Origin: Chitinophagales bacterium
GTDB taxonomy: Bacteria > Bacteroidota > Bacteroidia > Chitinophagales > JAUHXS01
Length of the DNA stretch: 64,000 bases
NCBI GenBank assembly: GCA_965213575.1
Contig: CBDBZN010000003.1
Span: 2,372-66,371 of the forward strand
Direction: 5' to 3'
Below are positions 18,759 through 27,836 of this stretch, piece after piece. Numbering within the stretch: position 1 is the first letter of the stretch; each line of letters starts with the position of its first letter. The notes beneath the pieces are model-generated. The model saw only the letters and a list, made by a program, of their open reading frames with translations. It had not been told where the DNA came from and did not search any database. The position numbers and the translations under genes were made by a program.

Positions 18759-21700
18759 CTACTTTTCCTTCTCTAAATCAGCCACAGCAGGAGCTGCGAT
18801 AAATATAGAAGAATAAGTTCCGGCTAGTATACCTACTAACAGCGCAAATGAGAATCCTCTAATAACTTCTCCGCCAAAAATAAATAAGACGAGTACCACT
18901 AATAATGTGGTAACGGAGGTTATCATGGTTCTACTAAGAGTGCTATTAATGGCCATGTTAAATACCTTTTTCTTTTCTGTAGTTGGATGGAGGGCAAGGT
19001 ATTCTCTGATACGGTCAAATACAACTACTGTATCATTAATAGAGTAACCAATAACGGTTAAAATGGCCGCAATAAATGCCTGATCTATTTCTAAGGAGAA
19101 TGGTAGTATTCCGCTCAAGAGAGAAAATAACCCCAATACGATCATTACATCATGAAATAATGCTAACACCGCCCCAAGGCCAAATTGCCATTTTTTGAAT
19201 CGAATCAATAGATATATAAATATGCCTATGAGTGCAAATATAGTTGCCCAAACTGCTCCTTTTTTAATATCATCAGCAATAGTAGGGCCTACTTTTTGTG
19301 AGCTCATTTTATAATCGCTTAAAAATATATTGAATGAAGTTTGCTCCGGTAAAAATATATTCAGGCCATCATATAATTTACGTTCAATAATGCTGTCTGT
19401 TTCTACGGATTTATCATCAATCATGTAAGCCGTATTGATCTTTACTTGGTTAGAAGCACCAAAGGTTTTAACGATTGGATATTCATTAAATTCATCAAAC
19501 AAGCTTTCTCTTACTGTCGCCGTGTTAACCGGTTCATCAAAACGAACTACATACGTACGTCCACCTTTGAAGTCTACACCTAATTCAAATCCTTTTGATA
19601 TAATAGAAGCAAGGCCTGCAAGAATTAAAATAGATGAAACAACATAAGCGATTTTTCTTTTTGAAAGAAAAGCTATGTTTAGATTTCTAAAAGCTTTTTT
19701 AGTTGCGCCATTTGCAAAAGAAATTACTTTATCTTTCGAAATATAGATATCTATAATTAATCTGGTTATTAATATCGCTGTAAATAAAGAAGATAAAATA
19801 CCTATGATCAATACCGTTGCAAATCCTAAGATTGGGCCGCTTCCGAAAAATGCTAAAATGATACCCGTTAATAAAGTAGTTAGATTTGCATCAATAATAG
19901 AAGTGTAGGAGTTTTTATATCCGTCGATAATAGCTAATCGAAGCCCTTTGCCCCGCAGCAGTTCCTCTTTAATCCGTTCAAAAATAAGTACATTGGCATC
20001 TACAGACATACCGATGGTCAATACGATACCGGCAATACCGGGTAAGGTTAACGTCGCACCAAGGGAAGACAATATCCCGATGATAAAAAACAGGTTAAAG
20101 ATCAAGGCTATATTGGCTACGATACCTCCACCACTATAATAAATGATCATAAACACTAATACTAAGGCCAAGCCACCTACTAAAGACTTAAGGCCTGCAT
20201 CGATAGATTCTGATCCTAAAGAAGGCCCTACAATCTCTTCTTCTACAATTCTGGCAGGCGCGGGCAGCTTTCCTGCTTTCAATATATTTGCTAAATCTTT
20301 TGCTTCAGCTATTTCAAAACTTCCGGAAATGGAAGAACGCCCACCGCTGATCTCTCCGTTTACACGTGGTGCAGAATAAACCACATTATCTAAAACAATG
20401 GCAATACATTTATTATCTTTTTCATTATCAGGAGCGCCTGCAGCTTCATTGGTCATTCGCTTCCAAATTCTGGCTCCTTCAGTATTCATAGACATAGAAA
20501 CCTCTACTTGTCCGTCAGGTGCAAAATCCTGCTTAGCATCATTGATCACATCTCCGCCTAAAGGAGCTCGTGTATCGCTTGTTCTGGTTTTGATAGCGTA
20601 AAGTTGATATACATCACTTTCATCAGCATACGGTTTAGCACCCCACAATAATTTCAGATTTCTAGGAAAACTGGAACGAACAATATCCATATTAAGATAT
20701 TCATTCACTTTTTTAATATCTTTTGCTCTAGCATATCCCACTACTGCTCCGGGTTGCAAAACAAAACCTTGTTCTGTATTATTTCCGGCAGGGTAGAGCA
20801 CCGCAAACAAAGGATTGTCTTCTGCAGAGGTTTCAGATAAAGAAGCATCTTCGATATCTGCCGTATCTCCTTCTACATTTAATAGGTCTGTCAACTCATT
20901 TTCAGAAACAGAATCACCTATTTCTGAAATAACTAATTCATCATTTTTTGTATCCTCATCTCCTAGTAGATCATTTAAAGGGTCTGTAGTTTTTTCGTCG
21001 TTTTCTGATTCAGAAATAGCAGTATTAGTATCTCCTTTAAGTAATTTATTTTGCTCTGCTAGCTTCTTATTCGCATCATTAAGATAGCTTAGCATTTCGT
21101 TGTTGTTTTCGTACGTTTCCCAAAATTCCAACTTTGCTGTTGCTTGAAGTAATTTTCGCACGCGTTCCGGGTCTTTCACGCCAGGTAATTCCACAGAAAT
21201 TCTACCATTCGATTTTTGTAAGGCGATATTTGGTTGGGTAACACCAAATTTATCTATCCTGGTCCGAAGTATGTTGTATGTCCTTTCTACTGCATCATCA
21301 GCTTCTTCTTTGATAACATCTAATACTTCTGCGTTACTGGAATTAAAATTGATCTTCTCCTTATTTTCTAAAGAAGAGAATATAGAAGATAATTGAAAAT
21401 CAGGATCAATCTCATTAATGGCATTGCCAAATAGGGTGATATAATTTTCTTGGCTGTTTTCTTGCCTTTTGTTAGCTAGTTCTATAGCTCGTAGAAAAGT
21501 AGGATTTTTGCTGTCATTAGCCATTTTTTTAACCAACTCTTCTAAAGAGATCTGCAAGGTAACGCTCATGCCACCCTGTAAATCAAGGCCTAAGTTAAGT
21601 TGAAGTTCCTTGGTTTCGTTGTAAGTATACTCTTTAATTAATAAATCATAAACTACTTCATTACCAATAGAATCTAGATATTCTTGCTCTTTTTTTTGTG

Positions 21701-21872
21701 CAAATGCATAAAGGGAATCTTGATCTTGAAATCTCATTCTTTCTGTAAAAGACTGTGCATATTCTTCTGCATCATTTTCTACTTTAGATGAGATCCAGGT
21801 AAACGATAATTGATAAATACATACTAGTATCAAGGCTACCGCAAAAAATTTAACTACTCCTTTGGCTTGCAT
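18759..21872 (-). CDS. secDF: Protein translocase subunit SecDF (fused)
   Basis: 1037-aa ORF. Two SecD/SecF 6-TM modules with conserved IGYSINDTVVVFDRIRE and GMSVDANVLIFERIKEE segments, and a large periplasmic domain. Confidence 0.95.
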   Translation of the reverse strand: MQAKGVVKFFAVALILVCIYQLSFTWISSKVENDAEEYAQSFTERMRFQDQDSLYAFAQKKEQEYLDSIGNEVVYDLLIKEYTYNETKELQLNLGLDLQGGMSVTLQISLEELVKKMANDSKNPTFLRAIELANKRQENSQENYITLFGNAINEIDPDFQLSSIFSSLENKEKINFNSSNAEVLDVIKEEADDAVERTYNILRTRIDKFGVTQPNIALQKSNGRISVELPGVKDPERVRKLLQATAKLEFWETYENNNEMLSYLNDANKKLAEQNKLLKGDTNTAISESENDEKTTDPLNDLLGDEDTKNDELVISEIGDSVSENELTDLLNVEGDTADIEDASLSETSAEDNPLFAVLYPAGNNTEQGFVLQPGAVVGYARAKDIKKVNEYLNMDIVRSSFPRNLKLLWGAKPYADESDVYQLYAIKTRTSDTRAPLGGDVINDAKQDFAPDGQVEVSMSMNTEGARIWKRMTNEAAGAPDNEKDNKCIAIVLDNVVYSAPRVNGEISGGRSSISGSFEIAEAKDLANILKAGKLPAPARIVEEEIVGPSLGSESIDAGLKSLVGGLALVLVFMIIYYSGGGIVANIALIFNLFFIIGILSSLGATLTLPGIAGIVLTIGMSVDANVLIFERIKEELLRGKGLRLAIIDGYKNSYTSIIDANLTTLLTGIILAFFGSGPILGFATVLIIGILSSLFTAILITRLIIDIYISKDKVISFANGATKKAFRNLNIAFLSKRKIAYVVSSILILAGLASIISKGFELGVDFKGGRTYVVRFDEPVNTATVRESLFDEFNEYPIVKTFGASNQVKINTAYMIDDKSVETDSIIERKLYDGLNIFLPEQTSFNIFLSDYKMSSQKVGPTIADDIKKGAVWATIFALIGIFIYLLIRFKKWQFGLGAVLALFHDVMIVLGLFSLLSGILPFSLEIDQAFIAAILTVIGYSINDTVVVFDRIREYLALHPTTEKKKVFNMAINSTLSRTMITSVTTLLVVLVLFIFGGEVIRGFSFALLVGILAGTYSSIFIAAPAVADLEKEK

Positions 21873-22105
21873 TTATTTGTGAGGTTTCAGATTTGTGATG
21901 TTTTAAAGTGGGCAAATATAATAATTAAGCCCGAATGAACAATAAGAATTGCGGTTCGATTTTAAGTATTTTATATTATATATATTTTAAAGAGGCCTTA
22001 ATAAAGCTTAAACATCAATAACATTTAAGGCTTAAAAAATTATTAAATATTTTATTTAAAGCTAAAATCTGTATTATATTTTCTAATGATTATATAAATT
22101 AAGTT

Positions 22106-22921
22106 TTAATGACTAGTTATTCCCTCTGTTAAAAACTGATAAAGTTTTTCTTTAAGCTCTTCTAATTTTAAATCCATTATTAATTTTCCTTCCATTGCAT
22201 AGCTCAAATGGCCTGTTTCTTCCGATACGATCAAAGCAAAAGCATCACTTAATTCCGTCATGCCCACAGCTGCACGATGTCTCATACCAACTCTTTTTGG
22301 AAGGTCAGGATTTTCAGAAACAGGCAATACGCAATTAGCGGCTTTGATCTGTTCATTTGCTATAATGACAGCTCCATCATGCAAAGGGCTCTTTTTATTA
22401 AAAATACTTTCTAACATTTTACTCGATACCTTTCCGTTAATAGGAATACCGGTATCCGCATAAGATTGCAGCTCCGAAGTTTTTGGAAAAATAATTAACA
22501 CTCCGGTTTTAGTTTTTGACAAGTGCTCTACTGCTATACAAATTTCTTCAATGGTGTGTTCTACATGTCCCGGAGCAGCAAAACGTTTTGATAAAAACTT
22601 TTTCCATACATTTTCTTTTTTAAGAATATTTCCCCGGCCTATAAATACTAGCGACCTTCTGATCTCAGGTTGAAATACTATTAATAATAATATAACACCT
22701 ACATCTATAAACCGGCCTAAGATACCCGAAAGCAAACGCATATCTAAAGCTTTTACTAGCAGAGACATTAGATAAACTAGAATTAAACCTATAAATATAT
22801 TAAAAGCAAGGCTGCCTTTTAATAATTTGTATAATTGATATAGTAAAACGCCAACTAAAAAAATATCAAAAGCATCCAGCCAACGAAACTCCAAAAATGC
22901 TATTTTGATCAGATATGTCAC
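22106..22921 (-). CDS. cdaA: Diadenylate cyclase CdaA (DisA_N domain, membrane-anchored)
   Basis: 271-aa ORF. Three N-terminal TM helices, then DGAVII, GMRHRAAVGMTELSDAFALIVSEETG (DGA/RHR motifs). Confidence 0.9.
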   Translation of the reverse strand: MTYLIKIAFLEFRWLDAFDIFLVGVLLYQLYKLLKGSLAFNIFIGLILVYLMSLLVKALDMRLLSGILGRFIDVGVILLLIVFQPEIRRSLVFIGRGNILKKENVWKKFLSKRFAAPGHVEHTIEEICIAVEHLSKTKTGVLIIFPKTSELQSYADTGIPINGKVSSKMLESIFNKKSPLHDGAVIIANEQIKAANCVLPVSENPDLPKRVGMRHRAAVGMTELSDAFALIVSEETGHLSYAMEGKLIMDLKLEELKEKLYQFLTEGITSH

Positions 22922-23752
22922 AGCCGGCTTACGATTTTAATTGTTTGAGCAGCTTCCTTTACATCGTGTACACGCAGCATTTTAGCACCATTCATCAATG
23001 CGACAGTATTAGCGGCTATAGTACCTGTTAAAGCATTTTGAGCGTTCGTATGGAGCGGTTTATATATCATTCCCTTCCTGGATAATCCCACTAAAATAGG
23101 TAAATTAAATATCTTAAAACAATGAAGGTTTGCTAATAATTGATAATTATGTTCCAGTGTTTTCCCAAATCCAAATCCGGGATCAAGTATAATGTCTTTT
23201 ATACCTTCTTTATCTAGGATTTCTATTTTTGAAATAAAATAGTTTGTAATGTCTGTTAATACATCTTTATACTGAGGGTTCACTTGCATATTTTCCGGTG
23301 TTCCTTGCATATGCATAAGAACATACGGAACAGGATATTGAGCTATTACCGCTATTAATTTTCCATCCATTTCGCCTCCTGATACATCATTAATCATATG
23401 TGCGCCAAGATCTAAAGCAGCTTTTGCTACATTTGCCCGATAAGTATCTATGGAGAGTAGGGCATTAGGGAAAGATTTTCGAATCGCTGTGATAAAAGGA
23501 ATAACTCGCGCTTTTTCTTCTTTTTCACTAACCGGCTTGGCCCCAGGCCTGGTAGATAATCCTCCAATATCAATAATATCAGCTCCATCGCTCAACATTT
23601 TTTCGACATGCCTCAAAACATTTGCCTCTTGTAAGTAATAGCCTCCATCAAAAAAAAGAATCTGGTGTGACATTTAAAATGCCCATTATTTTTGGCTTGG
23701 ATAAGTCCAGCAAATTACCATTAAAATTTAAAGTAGTTCTGCCTTCTAACAT
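22918..23752 (-). pseudogene. folP: Dihydropteroate synthase FolP, interrupted as assembled by a +1 frameshift in an A8 run (possibly a sequencing artefact)
   Basis: Track ORF 22918..23673 (MSHQILFFDGGYY...IDIGGLSTRPG...) lacks the FolP N-terminus. The missing part MLEGRTTLNFNGNLLDLSKPKIMGILNVTPDSFF is encoded from ATG 23752..23750 and stops at 23650..23648. Deleting one base of the run 23650..23657 gives ...GILNVTPDSFFDGGYY..., the canonical FolP motif. Confidence 0.85.
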
Positions 23753-23859
23753 ATTGTTATATAAGTAAGTAGAAATAGTTGTTGCATTTTTTAAGTGTAA
23801 GAGGTTTCAAAAATACATAATAAGTTATTAACTTAACCTGAAGTGTAGCCACAATTTAA

Positions 23860-24435
23860 ATGCCTGAAACATTCACTAAGCATATGGTAAATATCAAACA
23901 GACTGAGCAACAGTATGATCAAATAGTGAATAGATGCCGCACCATATTTTTAAAGAAAACAGCAGATTATGGCACTTCTTGGCGAATATTCAGGACCAGT
24001 TCTCTCACCGATCAAATATTTATAAAAGCTCAAAGGATTAGAACTATTGAAGAAACAGGAGAGAATAAAGTTAATGAACCTATTGAAGATGAATATTGCG
24101 CAATTGTAAATTATTGTATCATCGCTTTGATCCAACTTAAGCTACATAATGATAAGGAAATGTCTATGTCAGTTAAGGAGGTAAGTACTCATTATGATAA
24201 AGTTATAATTGATGTTAAAACTCTAATGCTTAAAAAGAATCATGATTATGGAGAAGCATGGCGTGATATGCGATCTAAATCATTAACTGATATGATCCTA
24301 TCCAAATTGTTAAGAATCAAGCAAATAGAAGACAATAAAGGAGAGACTATTATCTCAGAAGGCATTGATGCTAACTATCATGATATTATAAATTATGCCA
24401 TCTTTGCACTGATAAAACTAGAAGAATGCAAATAG
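23860..24435 (+). CDS. DUF1599 domain protein (two tandem repeats)
   Basis: 191-aa ORF with an internally duplicated motif KxxDYGxxWR...SLTDxIxxKxxRIxxIE (ADYGTSWRIFRTSSLTDQIFIKAQRIRTIEE / HDYGEAWRDMRSKSLTDMILSKLLRIKQIED). Confidence 0.65.
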   Translation: MPETFTKHMVNIKQTEQQYDQIVNRCRTIFLKKTADYGTSWRIFRTSSLTDQIFIKAQRIRTIEETGENKVNEPIEDEYCAIVNYCIIALIQLKLHNDKEMSMSVKEVSTHYDKVIIDVKTLMLKKNHDYGEAWRDMRSKSLTDMILSKLLRIKQIEDNKGETIISEGIDANYHDIINYAIFALIKLEECK

Positions 24436-25538
24436 TAGTAAATATCGCCCGCTGGTTAGTCGGATTGCTTTTTATATTTTCAGGAAGTATAAAAGCCAAT
24501 GATCCAATAGGGTTTTCATATAAATTGGAAGAATATTTTGTGTTATTTGGAATGGAATGGTTGGCATCTCTTGCTTTAATACTCGCCATGTTTATTTGTG
24601 TATTGGAAATTATTTTAGGACTATCTTTAATTCTAGGTGTTAAAAGTAAAGAAGTATCCTGGTTATTGCTCCTAATGATTCTATTTTTTACCTGGTTAAC
24701 AGGTTATAGTGCCGTTACCGGGAGGGTCACGGATTGTGGATGTTTTGGTGATGCCATTCCGTTAACTCCGTGGGAGTCTTTTTATAAAGATTTGATTTTA
24801 TTGGTACTTATACTAATTATTTTCTTTTACAGAAAAACAATTCAACCCTTGATCAAAGCATCTTTAGCTTATAAAATTACGGGAATTTGTACAATTATAG
24901 TGATTGCTTTTATGCTTTGGTGTTATTATCACTTGCCGGTGATAGATTTTAGAGCATACAAAACCGGCACAAATATTATGGAAGCTATGAATGACGGTAT
25001 CGAGGCTGATATAGAATTGACATTTATCTATAAAAATAAAAATACTGGAGAACAGAAGGAGTTTAAAGCTGCTAATTTGCCGCAAGGTGACGAGTGGACG
25101 TACGTAGATAGAAAGGAGAATGTTATTAAAGAAGGGAAAATAGCTTCTATTCATGATTTTGAAATAAGAGATGACGAAGGAGAGGAGTATACAGAAGATT
25201 TGATCTCTGCTCCGGGCTATACATTTATGGTAGTAGCTTATGATATTTCTAAAACAGATGTAGAAGGATTTAAAGATATAGTACAATTATCTAAAGCTGT
25301 TCAAGCCAAAAATCAAAATATATTTGCGGTCACTGCCAGTGTGTATCAAGAAGTAGAAAGTTTAAGGCATGATATCAATGCTGCATTTCCGTTTTATTAT
25401 GTAGACGCAACCGCTTTAAAAACGATTATTCGCTCTAATCCAGGATTAGTGATCATTAAAGACGGTGTAATTACAACAAAGTTTCATGCTAATGATATTC
25501 CAAGTTATCAAGAGTTGGAAGATATTTATATGAAGTAA
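24426..25538 (+). CDS. DoxX-like membrane protein with C-terminal soluble (thioredoxin-like?) domain
   Basis: 370-aa ORF. Four or five N-terminal TM helices with a DoxX-like start (RWLVGLLFIFSGSIKANDP) and a CGCFGD motif. Assignment of the C-terminal domain is inference only. Confidence 0.5.
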   Translation: MQIVVNIARWLVGLLFIFSGSIKANDPIGFSYKLEEYFVLFGMEWLASLALILAMFICVLEIILGLSLILGVKSKEVSWLLLLMILFFTWLTGYSAVTGRVTDCGCFGDAIPLTPWESFYKDLILLVLILIIFFYRKTIQPLIKASLAYKITGICTIIVIAFMLWCYYHLPVIDFRAYKTGTNIMEAMNDGIEADIELTFIYKNKNTGEQKEFKAANLPQGDEWTYVDRKENVIKEGKIASIHDFEIRDDEGEEYTEDLISAPGYTFMVVAYDISKTDVEGFKDIVQLSKAVQAKNQNIFAVTASVYQEVESLRHDINAAFPFYYVDATALKTIIRSNPGLVIIKDGVITTKFHANDIPSYQELEDIYMK

Positions 25539-25609
25539 TTAATTGAGGTGTATAATATAAAAATTTATATGATCTCGATTATTTAGTAATACACGTAAGA
25601 AATAAGGAA

Positions 25610-26672
25610 GTGCTGAATTTTATAATCAGAAAAGTAGTTTACGGAATTTTAGTGCTGGCAGGAATAGTCATCATAGTTTTTACATTATTTAACGTTTTAC
25701 CCGGAGACCCGGCACGCTTAACCTTAGGACAACGTGCAGACGTTGCATCTATTGAAGCGATTAATAAAGAATTAGGATTAGATAAACCTATCAGCACTCA
25801 GTTCTTAATGTATATCAATGACTTATCACCTATATCAGTCCACGAAGACACTGAGAAAAATCAAGTTAAATATGAATATATACCCATAACAAGCTTAGGT
25901 GAAAAAATAATTGCATTAAAAACACCATATTTACGCCGCTCTTACCAAACCCGTAGGCGAGTATCCGAAATACTAATTGAAGCCTTGCCCGGTACATTTA
26001 TATTAGCTGTTTCGGCAATTATCTTTTCCAGTTTATTAGGCATTTTACTAGGCGTGATAACTGCTATCAGGCAAAATACTTTTACAGATAATGTGATAAG
26101 TATATTATCCATAGTTGGTACTTCTGTTCCTTCATTCTTCTCTGCTATTCTATTATCGTATTTTTTTGGATATGTATTGAGTGATATTACCGGATTAAAC
26201 ATGACCGGCAGCTTGTACGAAATAGATGCTTTTGAAGGTAGAATACTAGCTCCTAAAAATTTAATATTACCGATGATCAGTTTAGGCGTCCGCCCATTAG
26301 CTATAATTGTACAACTTACTAGAAGCTCCATGTTAGATGTGTTGTCACAAGATTTTATTCGTACTGCTGTGGCAAAAAGGCGTAAATCGTAAATATGTTA
26401 TATATAAACACGCATTACGAAATGCTTTGAATCCGGTTATAACAGCTATATCCGGATTATTTGCGTCTATGATGGCAGGTGCCTTTTTTGTAGAATATAT
26501 TTTTAATTGGAAAGGAATTGGTAAAGCAGCGGTAGATGCACTCCAAAAATCTGATTTTCCGGTAGTAATGGGAACAGTTTTATTTACAGCTGCTATTTTT
26601 GTTTTTATAAATATTTTAATAGACTTTCTATATACTGTATTAGATCCAAGAGTGTCAGTCAATAATACTTAA
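25610..26672 (+). pseudogene. ABC transporter permease (DppB/OppB-type), split as assembled by a +1 frameshift in an A5 run
   Basis: ORFs 25610..26392 and 26337..26672 are the N- and C-parts of one permease. With four instead of five A at 26374..26378 the frame reads ...[31 protein letters not shown]..., the conserved EAA-loop region of this family. Confidence 0.85.
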
Positions 26673-26675
26673 GCA

Positions 26676-27179
26676 ATGGTTGTTTTTCTTATTGGTTTCA
26701 TGGGGTCGGGCAAAACTTATCTCGGTAAATCTGCAGCAAAACTTTTACAATACAATTTTATTGATTTTGATGAATATATAGAGCAACATACACACCAAAC
26801 TATCCCTGAAATTTTCGAAAGGAAAGGAGAGGTATATTTCCGACAAGTGGAATCGCATTTATTAGAAAAGATGAAGCTGAAAAATAATACGATCATTTCT
26901 TTGGGTGGTGGCACACCTTGTTTTAATGATAACATGAGTTGGATTAAAGAAAATGGCCGGTCTATTTATCTAAAAGTCTCTGTTCCTGTATTATACAATC
27001 GGCTTATTATAAATAAAACGGCTCGGCCACTGCTCCGTAATATAAGTGATGAAAATTTATCGGATTATATAACATTTAAACTTAAAGAGCGAGAAGTATA
27101 TTATAATCAAGCTACTAAAACAATAAATGCAGATATGATGACAGGTGAGGAGTTAAAAAGAGTTTATAAAACTGATTAA
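26676..27179 (+). CDS. aroK: Shikimate kinase AroK
   Basis: 167-aa ORF. Contains Walker A GFMGSGKT, the LGGG motif and small size. Confidence 0.9.
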   Translation: MVVFLIGFMGSGKTYLGKSAAKLLQYNFIDFDEYIEQHTHQTIPEIFERKGEVYFRQVESHLLEKMKLKNNTIISLGGGTPCFNDNMSWIKENGRSIYLKVSVPVLYNRLIINKTARPLLRNISDENLSDYITFKLKEREVYYNQATKTINADMMTGEELKRVYKTD

Positions 27180-27312
27180 AAAGGCAAATAGCTAGAAGAG
27201 AAATTATATACTATATTGATGTTTGGTATAATTTAAAAGGACACATTCTTCTTTGGGTTATTTGAGCTCTGTAGAATTTATAAAGAAAAATCAATTAGAT
27301 AATGTGGCTTGA
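27180..27312 (+). mobile_element. 3'-terminal remnant of an IS3-family-type DDE transposase gene (copy A)
   Basis: The translation reads ...EIIYYIDVWYNLK and, after a 1-nt frame slip, RTHSSLGYLSSVEFIKKNQLDNVA*. This matches the conserved C-terminal YN..R.HS.LGY.SP.EF signature of IS3-type integrase-core transposases. No upstream part or inverted repeats were identified. Confidence 0.4.
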
Positions 27313-27510
27313 ACCCTTCCCTTCATTTTTAAACCATCCTTTATGTGAGATTCTGTAATATAGAAATGTAGAATATGGTTTGAAGAATCTAGTGGATCTT
27401 CTGCAATTTTTAGCTTGAGTGTTGGCTGGTGCGAAATGAGAAACATTCATGAACACCAACAAAAATTAAACCTGAGTAATTGCAAATGTGTATGGCTTTT
27501 AGCGTAGGCA

Positions 27511-27599
27511 TTATTTCGTTATTACTCTGTTTTTCTTAAAATTCTCCGCTTGTTCAAAGATGTCTTTATATACTTCGTCTCTTTCTACTGGCGGATAAC
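27511..27599 (-). pseudogene. hsdR 3'-terminal remnant (last ~29 codons)
   Basis: Near-identical at the nucleotide level to the 3' end of intact hsdR (33463..33551, ...PPVERDEVYKDIFEQAENFKKNRVITK*). Homology stops abruptly at 27599. Confidence 0.75.
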
Positions 27600-27833
27600 T
27601 TTCCTCGTAATAACGCCATGTTGAGTGGTTGTCTGGAATTTCCGGACATCTACATTTTCGTCCAGTTCCTCTTCGTTAAGAATATTTCTAATATGCTCGC
27701 TGATGGTGCGCTTATCCTTGCCAAACATTTGCGCCATCTGTGCTTGGGTAAGCCAAACGGTTTCTTCCTTCAAGCGAACATCTATTTTGATGTTATCGTC
27801 TGGGTTTTGGTATAGGAGGATATCGCTGGTCAT
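27585..27833 (-). pseudogene. Truncated RhuM-family gene (N-terminal ~78 codons) fused out of frame to the hsdR tail
   Basis: MTSDILLYQNPDDNIKIDVRLKEETVWLTQAQMAQMFGKDKRTISEHIRNILNEEELDE..VRKFQTT aligns with the N-terminus of the 332-aa RhuM at 37142..38140. The ORF ends 15 nt past the junction at 27599/27600. Confidence 0.75.
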
Positions 27834-27836
27834 ATT

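Larger units (their letters stand above)
26964..27599. repeat. Direct repeat Y, copy A (aroK 3' end + IS remnant + hsdR 3' tail)
   Basis: About 636 bp, near-identical to 32915..33551. I count about two dozen substitutions/indels by eye, roughly half of them in the aroK-derived first 216 bp. Confidence 0.85.

Noticed and set aside
22106-24435. cdaA-folP overlap and divergent DUF1599 as a novel linkage
   Set aside because: To my knowledge folP-cdaA and an adjacent DUF1599 gene are common conserved synteny in Bacteroidota. This is not unusual apart from the folP frameshift reported separately.
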